A model generated the notes under the pieces. That model did no database searches. It was not told the DNA's origin and saw only the letters and a program-made list of their open reading frames with translations. From positions 704,001 to 768,000 of the forward strand of contig OY762428.1 of NCBI GenBank assembly GCA_963665665.1: DNA of 64,000 bases. The letters run 5' to 3'. Source of the DNA: Candidatus Kapaibacterium sp. Its GTDB lineage: Bacteria > Bacteroidota > Ignavibacteria > Kapaibacteriales > UBA2268. A program made the translations under genes and the position numbers. This document shows positions 28,904-36,868 of this stretch, in pieces (position 1 is the first letter of the stretch; every line of letters begins with the position of its first letter).

Positions 28904-29813
28904 TATCGTTATCTTTCTTTTCAGAAAATAGATCATAATTTTGAGGATGGGGTCTTAATATTGTTAAATATTCAGGAAATTTTTCAAATACTTTTTGAAC
29001 GAACCTTGTAGTATTTATATATTTATTCTCTGTGCCTTTTGGTACGCTATAATTCTTAATAAGAGAATAATATACACCCAGGGCATTTAACATCGGATCG
29101 ATATTATCTTCCGGCAATGTACCCTGTGTGGCTAATGACACAGGCCAATTAATAATCCACCCGGGGATCTGGTTGTTTTTCAACGGTATGATCGAAGACA
29201 AAAATAATTTTTGAAAAACCTTTTTGTTAAATATTTGAGAATCAATCAAATCAGTTTGTAATTTTGAATTAACATCATTCAAATAATTAGTAAACTTCGG
29301 GGTTGAAATTGCGCCCATAAGGTCTGGTTGTTCATACCATGCGGAACAATCATTTATTGCTTCTCCGAAAAAGAAATTTTTCTCATATTCATAATAATTC
29401 CCGTAAGACAAAGCCCCTCTGAATAGCATATGGTTCACAAATGAGATAGAAATATAATACTGAACTATTGTCCCAAAATAATTTAAATATTTTACCAAAT
29501 TATCTTCCTGTCCCACATCTAATGTAATAATAACTGTGTCCTGAAAAATAAAGAAATCAGGTTGAATTATTTCAACATCTTTGCCCAAGGTATCAATTTG
29601 GGCTAACATTTGGTGAAAGTCTTTATTCGAAATCATCTCTTTAACAAAAATATGGGATATCAGAAACTGCTTAATTTCATCAAAATTTGCATTTTTTGTA
29701 CCAAGAGCATCTAATATGGCAACAAAACCGTATCTACTCTTTATTTTTTCTTCTTTTACTAAATCAATAACAGTTTCTGTATGGCTATTCTTATCAATTA
29801 ATATTTTTTCCAT
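28893..29813 (-). CDS. Class III nucleotidyl cyclase-like protein (uncharacterised)
   Basis: FVAILDALG and FQDTVII (two metal-binding Asp positions), FRGALSYG, GEAIND..WYE, NWP, KYINT; stop overlaps the hsdS start. Confidence 0.6.
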   Translation of the reverse strand: MEKILIDKNSHTETVIDLVKEEKIKSRYGFVAILDALGTKNANFDEIKQFLISHIFVKEMISNKDFHQMLAQIDTLGKDVEIIQPDFFIFQDTVIITLDVGQEDNLVKYLNYFGTIVQYYISISFVNHMLFRGALSYGNYYEYEKNFFFGEAINDCSAWYEQPDLMGAISTPKFTNYLNDVNSKLQTDLIDSQIFNKKVFQKLFLSSIIPLKNNQIPGWIINWPVSLATQGTLPEDNIDPMLNALGVYYSLIKNYSVPKGTENKYINTTRFVQKVFEKFPEYLTILRPHPQNYDLFSEKKDNDNDK

Positions 29814-30152
29814 TTATGGTTTTCTTACATTCACTTCAACAATAATTTCTTTTGGTAATTAATCAAATAATTCAAAATTTTCCTTGTTTTTCATCGTTTA
29901 AATATATAGATTTAAACATCTCATCAACCACGAGTTGAAAGAGAAAAGAAGCCGTCCTGATTAATCATGGCGGTTTTGGCTTTTAAAGGCCTCGTATTCT
30001 TTCAATAATTTTCTTTCCAAATAAATAGTTCTTGCATTTTATCGTCAATTATTATAGATTAGATAATAACTCTGTTTCGACCGAATCCTAACGTTATGCG
30101 TCAGGGGTATATGTAGGTCAAATGGGGTTATTTTTTTTGTAATTTTTTAAAA

Positions 30153-31238
30153 TTACCACAATTCCACTTTCTTTATATACTCCGTTCCCTCATTGAACTC
30201 AATCAATTTCCTGTGCTGCAAACGCCCGACAATAACAGCAGGATGTGTATTGAATTTCTTCGCGAATTCAAGAATATCTTCATCTGTCAATTCATCCCTG
30301 CTTACAATTTCCATTTCTTCTTCTTCCTTCAGTAGCCAGTCGGCGGCAAATTTATCGGCTTCCCGCTCTTTCTTTTCATCTTTGTCTTTATGGTTCTCAC
30401 TTTCAAGGAATATATCCTTTTTCCCATGCAGAAGGATATGTCCCGCTTCGTGGAAAAATGTAAACCAGAAAATATCATTTCTCCTGTACCTGCCGGACAG
30501 TTGTATAAGCGGCGTGTCGTTTATCCATCTTGTACAACCGCTAATTGGGGCTTTGGGAAGGCAAGGTGTGAAAACTGTTTTAACACCGGCATCTAAACAA
30601 TAGTTCTGCAATTTTGTAAAGAAGTCATCGGGATGCCGAGCCATCAATGATTTAAATTTTTTCAAAGCGGTTTTGAATTTACTTTGATTGTATTCAGGAG
30701 CTTCTATTTCTTTCGACAACAGATCGCCCTGACGCAGCCAGGCAGAAACTGAATGTGCTTCTTTTGTATGTTTCAGTGATATACGAAACGCTAATTTCAG
30801 TTTTTCTTCATAATAATAGTTCTCCCATGCTTTATGGGAAGAAAAGCTGAAAAACTTCAACAAATATTCTGCTTTCTCTTCAATTTTTCGCGTTGCAGGC
30901 AAGCCAAATAATTTAGCCATATCAGGATACGGAAAACTTTTTGCCCATTCCACTGCCTCGGTAATAGCTTGCTTGAAATTTTGTTTTGCAACCGCTTCAT
31001 TATATTTCTGCTGGTAATTCAACCAAAAATGAGCAGGGATATTCAACACATTTTCAAATTTTACTGCCATATCAGGCGTAATAGCACTTTGGCAATTAAG
31101 GATTGCAGTGATAGTCTTTTCAGGTTTTCCGGTTCTGACAGCAAATTCTTTCGGCCCCATCTCTAGTTCCGCCAGTTTTTCCCTCAGTGTTAATCCGGGA
31201 TGAGTAAATGATTCGGGACTATATTCGCTCTTCATCAT
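30153..31238 (-). CDS. higA: HigA antitoxin fused to an ImmA/IrrE (M78) metallopeptidase domain
   Basis: HPGLTLRE...ITPDMA...FWLNYQ HTH; FWFTFFHEAGH...EREADKFA. Confidence 0.85.
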   Translation of the reverse strand: MMKSEYSPESFTHPGLTLREKLAELEMGPKEFAVRTGKPEKTITAILNCQSAITPDMAVKFENVLNIPAHFWLNYQQKYNEAVAKQNFKQAITEAVEWAKSFPYPDMAKLFGLPATRKIEEKAEYLLKFFSFSSHKAWENYYYEEKLKLAFRISLKHTKEAHSVSAWLRQGDLLSKEIEAPEYNQSKFKTALKKFKSLMARHPDDFFTKLQNYCLDAGVKTVFTPCLPKAPISGCTRWINDTPLIQLSGRYRRNDIFWFTFFHEAGHILLHGKKDIFLESENHKDKDEKKEREADKFAADWLLKEEEEMEIVSRDELTDEDILEFAKKFNTHPAVIVGRLQHRKLIEFNEGTEYIKKVELW

Positions 31239-31241
31239 GTT

Positions 31242-31583
31242 TCACCTTTTTTTATGATAGTCCGTAATTTCAATTATTTCGACAGCCACAATTTCAATCC
31301 AGATATATTTTCCATCCGGATCTGTAGGTATAGGCTTTTCTCTTGGTTCAAAAATCAACCTGTAAGGTTGATCCAGATCACAAGCCCATTGCCCTTTTCT
31401 ATTATCTGTCAATTCATGATATTTACCCGGCAGAAAACGAACATCTTCAAGATTTTCAGCGACATCTAACTGGTCAAGGCGTAATTTATACAAATCGCTA
31501 CGTCTTTGACCAAGCTTTGCTCTACTTTTCTTGTCGTTGTTGGCATATTGTTCCAACTTCTTATCTGCAAAAGTAATAATCAT
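31242..31583 (-). CDS. higB: HigB/RelE-family toxin (killer-suppression type)
   Basis: ITFADKKL...HELTDNRKGQWACDLDQPYRLIF...IIEITDYH; upstream of higA, with TATATTTG promoter element at 31591-31598. Confidence 0.85.
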   Translation of the reverse strand: MIITFADKKLEQYANNDKKSRAKLGQRRSDLYKLRLDQLDVAENLEDVRFLPGKYHELTDNRKGQWACDLDQPYRLIFEPREKPIPTDPDGKYIWIEIVAVEIIEITDYHKKR

Positions 31584-31650
31584 ATCTGTACAAATATACG
31601 AAATTAATTTACATATAGTGTTAATTATTTTAAATCACAGATTAATATTC

Positions 31651-34464
31651 CTATGCTGCCAATACTTCATTAAGTTCATCAATTATATTACTCATCTCTT
31701 TACCGAAAAGCTGGTACATCCTGCCCCGGCCTCCCCGCGCGTCAAAAGGAGTGAAATCAAGATCATCTATTTCAATGTGGTATGAGCTGACCACATGGTC
31801 TTTAATCATTCTCAGCCAGTCCATTTGCTCCTGGGTAAATCGGTTGTGCTGCCCTGCATTCTGCCTGAAAATCCAGTTCTTAAAGTTTTCGTCAATGGTT
31901 TTATCAAACGGTTTCAGTTCTTTATCAATGCCGCATACGCGCCGGATAAGGGAAACCAAAGCAGTCAATTCGTCTTTTGGCTGCCTGCTTTTTACCTTAC
32001 CAACTGTATGATATGCTTCCCAAACATAATTCGGGGCAAGCATTGGTTCTTCAAGTTTCAGCTTTTCCATAATCTCCCGAATCATTTTAAATGTAATGTA
32101 ACGACGATTATACGGCTGATCATAGAAGATGCTAAGGGCTTTTATTTCATCCTTGTTCTTTTCGATGTATGCTGTAAAATCCCGAATGGTTTCTTCAGCC
32201 TTTTTGGTAGTAAAGCTGTCCCATTCAGACTTTGTGACGGTATCAATATTAATATGATCAATAATCTGTTCGTGTTCTTTGCGAACATTCTCCAGATATT
32301 CATTCAGTTCGCCGTTGAATGTACCTGCCGCCTGCCGGATCAATCCTTGCTGTGCCTTTTCCTTGGCTTCTTTTACCAGAGCCGGAGTCCTGTCAATTTT
32401 CGGAATTTTTTCAATTTCCTTTTGTGCAATTTTATCTATCTCATCCTGATCATAGGCATTGATCAGCTCTTTGGTTATTTGTTTCAGGTCTTTGCCGCCG
32501 GAATATTCCGGAAGTTTTTCCTTTTCTTTTTTGGTAATCTGCTTTTCAAGGCGTATTAAACGGTTTGCCAGAGACAGGAAGAGGTCTTCTTCTTCAACCC
32601 CCATTGTAATTGCGCCGAGCAAATCTTTTAAAGTAACGGAATGCTTCCGCTCCAAAGGCCGGCTGTCGGTTTTCTTCGATTTTGTAACGCCAACAGCATC
32701 AACAACAACAAAGTGGGTTTTGCTATTGGCAGTACGGGTAACCTGCATTAATTTATCGCTGTCAATAGTGCGCGTACCACGGCCTTTCATCTGCTCAAAG
32801 TAATTTTTACTTTTAACATCGCGCATAAACAATAGAACTTCAAGAGGTTTTACATCAGTTCCAGTGGCAATCATATCCACGGTAACGGCAATCCTCGGAT
32901 AATATGAGTTGCGGAAACGGTTCAGAACAGATTTTGGGTCTTCGTCAATTTTGTAAGTTACCTTTTTGCAAAACTCGTTTCCTTCGTCAAACTCTTCGCG
33001 TACAATTTTTATAATATCATCGGCATGGCTGTCAGTTTTAGCAAAGATCAGTGTTTTTGGAACTTCATAGTCAGCATTCTCATCAATGCGGTTGGGGAAA
33101 ATCTCTTCGCGCAAAGCTCGTCTGAAGTCACGTATAATATTTCTGATCTGACTGGGGTTAACAACCTTTCTATCTAAATCATTATTTTTATATTCAATAT
33201 CTTCATCTTCCTGTTGCCAACGCCTTTCCCGGGTCAGTTTATCCCTGCGGTCAACAAACCAGCCTGCCTTTATCACATTACCTTCTTTAGAAATTTCAGT
33301 CTCGATAGTATAAACATCGAAAGGAACATTTACGCCGTCAGTAACAGAATCCTCATAGGTGTACTGGCTTACAACATTTTCGTTAAAGAATCCGAAAGTA
33401 CGTTTATCCGGAGTAGCCGTCAAACCTATCAGGAAGGCATCGAAATAGTCCAATACCTGTTTCCAAAGATTATAGATTGATCTGTGGCATTCATCAATAA
33501 CAATAAAATCGAATTGCTCAATTGGCACTTTGCAGGAATATTCAACAGGAACTGCCTTTTTGTTATTTATTTGTTCCTGCATCCAAGTGCTATCGTTAGG
33601 GTTATCAAGTTCTGTACTTTCCTCTAATTCTTTTCCCTTTAGTATAGAGTACAAACGTTGAATAGTAGAGATACAGACCTGGCTGTCTTGTGTTATATAA
33701 CTTGATGAAAGCCGCTGAACATTGTATAGTTCGGTAAATTTTCTATTGTCATCTGTTGGTTTAAAAGTCATGAATTCCTGTTCGGCCTGTTCACCTAAGT
33801 TTTTGGTATCCACCAGAAACAGAATTCTCTTTGCATCGGCAAACTTTAATAAACGATAAATAAATGTTGTAGCAGTGAAAGTTTTTCCAGCGCCGGTAGC
33901 CATTTGGATCAATGCTTTAGGCCGATTGTTCTTAAAGGAATTTTCAAGTTGTTCAATAGCAATAATCTGAGCCGGTCTGAGGCCTGAAGGATCAAGCACC
34001 GGTAAATCGTTAATTCTGTCCCTTAGGCTACGGCTTTTTTTGAGCCATTCAGCCAAAGTTTCCGGCTTATGAAAACTAAAAACATTTCTACCTCTCGGTT
34101 TCGGATCTCTGTAATCAGTAAATCGGGTAATTACGCCCGTGCTTTCATAAACAAACGGCAAGCTGTCATTATCCAGGTATTTAAGTTTTGCAGTAGCATA
34201 ATCTTTTGATTGTTCCTCAACTACAGTTAACCGGTGTCCTTCTTCTTCTCGTTTAGCCTCGATTATACCAACCGGCTTGCGGTCAACAAACAAAACATAA
34301 TCCGCCGGCCCGACATCAGTCTGGTATTCTCTAATGACCACTCCCTGTTTTGCAGAAAGATCTATTTTGTTTTTGGATTGTACCAACCATCCTGCATCTA
34401 CTAACATTTTGTCGATTCGGTCACGTGCAATTTGCTCGGGATTTTGGTTGATGTTATCAGTCAT
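31651..34464 (-). CDS. hsdR: Type I R-M restriction subunit (EcoEI_R_C type)
   Basis: ADYVLF...IIEAK nuclease motif, MATGAGKT, DECHR, LTATP, QMKGRGTR, C-terminal FTQEQMDWL...PF. Confidence 0.95.
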   Translation of the reverse strand: MTDNINQNPEQIARDRIDKMLVDAGWLVQSKNKIDLSAKQGVVIREYQTDVGPADYVLFVDRKPVGIIEAKREEEGHRLTVVEEQSKDYATAKLKYLDNDSLPFVYESTGVITRFTDYRDPKPRGRNVFSFHKPETLAEWLKKSRSLRDRINDLPVLDPSGLRPAQIIAIEQLENSFKNNRPKALIQMATGAGKTFTATTFIYRLLKFADAKRILFLVDTKNLGEQAEQEFMTFKPTDDNRKFTELYNVQRLSSSYITQDSQVCISTIQRLYSILKGKELEESTELDNPNDSTWMQEQINNKKAVPVEYSCKVPIEQFDFIVIDECHRSIYNLWKQVLDYFDAFLIGLTATPDKRTFGFFNENVVSQYTYEDSVTDGVNVPFDVYTIETEISKEGNVIKAGWFVDRRDKLTRERRWQQEDEDIEYKNNDLDRKVVNPSQIRNIIRDFRRALREEIFPNRIDENADYEVPKTLIFAKTDSHADDIIKIVREEFDEGNEFCKKVTYKIDEDPKSVLNRFRNSYYPRIAVTVDMIATGTDVKPLEVLLFMRDVKSKNYFEQMKGRGTRTIDSDKLMQVTRTANSKTHFVVVDAVGVTKSKKTDSRPLERKHSVTLKDLLGAITMGVEEEDLFLSLANRLIRLEKQITKKEKEKLPEYSGGKDLKQITKELINAYDQDEIDKIAQKEIEKIPKIDRTPALVKEAKEKAQQGLIRQAAGTFNGELNEYLENVRKEHEQIIDHINIDTVTKSEWDSFTTKKAEETIRDFTAYIEKNKDEIKALSIFYDQPYNRRYITFKMIREIMEKLKLEEPMLAPNYVWEAYHTVGKVKSRQPKDELTALVSLIRRVCGIDKELKPFDKTIDENFKNWIFRQNAGQHNRFTQEQMDWLRMIKDHVVSSYHIEIDDLDFTPFDARGGRGRMYQLFGKEMSNIIDELNEVLAA

Positions 34465-34793
34465 TAAAATCTATTCTTTGTTTTACAAATTCAATTTTTT
34501 TATTTATCAAACCACGAAAAACACCAGTCAACTTAGACTGCCGCTTTGATTAAATTTTTTCTACCCTTCGCTCTGCCATTGCCGGAATACTCCCCCGCGA
34601 GCATTCAATTCCCAATATCGCAAATTTTCAGGAGAAAGGCAAGGGAAGGAATATACAAATCTTAAAATAAATTTTCCTTTATATCCAATAATATATTGTA
34701 ACAAATATCGTTTTTATAGGTTAATATATATATAAGTAATTGAATTTATTATTACTTACAGTATTTTACAACAATTGACAAGGATTTACCATT

Positions 34794-35180
34794 ATGCAAA
34801 ATTTTGCGATGAACGAAGCCTCGAAAATGGGAATTTCACAGCTCGTAAGGGTAAGTGAAAAGCTGGGTTTTGCCTGCCTGACAAAAAATAATTTGCCGTC
34901 AGCAATACTTTTCCCTCTCGCACCGGAAAAAGAGGCCATTGACCACCTTGCCGATATGCTTAGAAAGCAGCACGAAACAAAACGCCTGAGCATGGAGCAC
35001 GAAGTTCTTGCCAGCCCTGATTTCTACCGCAGCTATCTTCAGGATTTTCTTATGTTGGCGTTTGCCTGCATGAATGAAATCAAACTCAGTGATGATATGC
35101 TGAAAGAACTCACGGACGAGCTTTTCCGTTTCCTCGAAAATGCCCCGAAGTTGTTCCCGAATGCCCAGGAGGAACTATGA
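34794..35180 (+). CDS. Hypothetical protein
   Basis: 128-aa ORF with higher GC than its flanks, ACAAGGA upstream; no family recognised. Confidence 0.55.
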   Translation: MQNFAMNEASKMGISQLVRVSEKLGFACLTKNNLPSAILFPLAPEKEAIDHLADMLRKQHETKRLSMEHEVLASPDFYRSYLQDFLMLAFACMNEIKLSDDMLKELTDELFRFLENAPKLFPNAQEEL

Positions 35181-35442
35181 AAGCCATATTTGGGGATATA
35201 ATCGGGGAAATTACTGCCGGACTTGGAATTAGCGCCGTATTTAACCACTGTGATGATTTGGATGCAGGGCTATGGTTTTAATCGAAGACTGCGGCTAAAA
35301 TGGCTCTGAGAGCGATTATGAAGGCAGAATTTTTAAAACGAATATAATTTATTTTATTACTAACTATAAGATAATTGTATTCATGAATAGCTTCAATCAA
35401 ACATGAAACACGAACATATAATTAATAATAGAAAGACAAATT

Positions 35443-36447
35443 ATGTTTCACGACAACCTACCTCCACTGACAGGAGAAGAATTCCGACGGCTGAGGGAAT
35501 ATTTCGGGCTTAGCCAGGAAAATGCTGCACGGCTTCTTAACATGAGCAGTAAAAGTCAGATTTCCAGAATGGAACGAAAAAAGCAGGAACTGGTTCCGGC
35601 GAACATTGTGCAGAACTTCGTGCAGGGCCTTACCGAAACCGGCGGAGCTGCAGAATACGCCCCGGACGCGATTAACAGAATTAAGCAGACAATGGAATAC
35701 GAGAAACAACTGAAACCTGCCTCAAAAACTAAGGAAAATCCGATGGAACAATTAAACGACGACGAATATACACGATACCTGACAAATGAAGTGCGTAAGG
35801 GAGAAAGTAAGATGGATAAGCTGGAAAGCCGAAATTATAACCTGACGCAGGAGCTTCAGGACGAAAGGCTGAAGAATATGCAGGTTATCCGCGAGGTTGA
35901 CCACATGAAATACCTGTTCGAGAACTTCCAGAACAATATTAACGGCAAAATTCAGGATCAGGTTATGAATCTTGAAATTGTAATGGATGAAAAGCTGAAA
36001 ACTAATAAGGAAGAAATCCGGAATTTGATTACTGAGATGGTTGAGAACAGGATAATTGAATTCGGTGACGAGATCCAATTAGAAATCGACAGGGTAATAG
36101 CTGAACTGCGTAAGAACTCAGATAAAGAAAGCGGCGGACTTTCCGGCCTGCTCGACAAACCGGGTGTGTCCGAGTTGCTTAAAAGCCTGGGCGAGAACAT
36201 CGGGCCGAGCATCGCGCCGAAACTTGTCAATACATTTTCGAATATGTTCGCTGCCAAACAGCAACAGGCTGCAACGCCAATGCAACAACAGGCAAACTAT
36301 CAGCAACCTGAGCCAATTGACTATGCAACTTACCCTGATTTGCCGGATGTGGATGACTTTGATGACGGTTTTGATACAATTGTTGCAGATAGTTCCACAA
36401 ATACGAATGCAACAGGTGAAAAATTGCAGAATGTTGCAGAAAGTTGA
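35443..36447 (+). CDS. XRE-type HTH protein with central coiled coil and Q/D-rich tail
   Basis: FRRLREYFGLSQENAARLLNMSSKSQISRME HTH; heptad-rich middle; QQQAATPMQQQ...DVDDFDD tail. Confidence 0.75.
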   Translation: MFHDNLPPLTGEEFRRLREYFGLSQENAARLLNMSSKSQISRMERKKQELVPANIVQNFVQGLTETGGAAEYAPDAINRIKQTMEYEKQLKPASKTKENPMEQLNDDEYTRYLTNEVRKGESKMDKLESRNYNLTQELQDERLKNMQVIREVDHMKYLFENFQNNINGKIQDQVMNLEIVMDEKLKTNKEEIRNLITEMVENRIIEFGDEIQLEIDRVIAELRKNSDKESGGLSGLLDKPGVSELLKSLGENIGPSIAPKLVNTFSNMFAAKQQQAATPMQQQANYQQPEPIDYATYPDLPDVDDFDDGFDTIVADSSTNTNATGEKLQNVAES

Positions 36448-36510
36448 TAAAAGTTGCTACGCAGTGCTCTTTGTTGCAGAAAATCAACAAAATGTTGCTT
36501 AAAAGTTGTG
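36261..36510. repeat. Helically phased GCAAC/GTTGC motif arrays
   Basis: GCAAC at 36261, 36271, 36282 and 36303; AAATTGCAGA-ATGTTGCAGA-AAGTTGATAA-AAGTTGCTAC-GCAGTGCTCT-TTGTTGCAGA with an exact 10-bp period at 36421-36480. Confidence 0.6.
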
Positions 36511-36635
36511 CGAGAATCGCAATTCTACGCCGTTTCTACTGAAAATTAGCGGAATATCATGGCATAATGTACTCAGAAGAGGTTCTTTAGCTCCTTATTT
36601 TCTATTAGTTAATGGTTTGCCATGCGTTCCTTAGC

Positions 36636-36666
36636 AAGCCGGGAAGAAATTCCCGGCTTTTTTTTT
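36636..36666 (+). terminator. Intrinsic terminator, copy 1 of a 29-bp direct repeat
   Basis: AAGCCGGGAAGAAATTCCCGGC followed by T9. Confidence 0.85.
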
Positions 36667-36868
36667 GGTGGGAAGGAAGGGGGGACTTTGGAGCTAAATT
36701 TACATTCAAGTGAAAGACAAAAAAAATGTGCTAAATTATCTTAAATTTGTTATATCCAAATTTTATCGTAATGAAAAATATAATTTGGCAAAATAATTGT
36801 TAACAATTTGACATTCACGTAATTTCATTTGAAGCTAAATTGAAATATATAAAAAGAAGGTTTCCGTA

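Noticed and set aside
28893-29813. Canonical Pycsar or CBASS system
   Set aside because: No cyclic-nucleotide-binding, TIR or SAVED effector and no CD-NTase motifs; only a cyclase-like core.
29815-30110. Integron attC-like site (CCTAAC-GTTATGC) and a tiny broken ORF (MKNKENFELFD*LPKE)
   Set aside because: No intervening hairpin and no integron integrase; the ORF remnant is too short to assign.
31795-32559. 254-aa antisense ORF in hsdR, and similar antisense ORFs within kinases, vor genes and the integrase
   Set aside because: Shadow frames of well-supported genes with no recognisable motifs.
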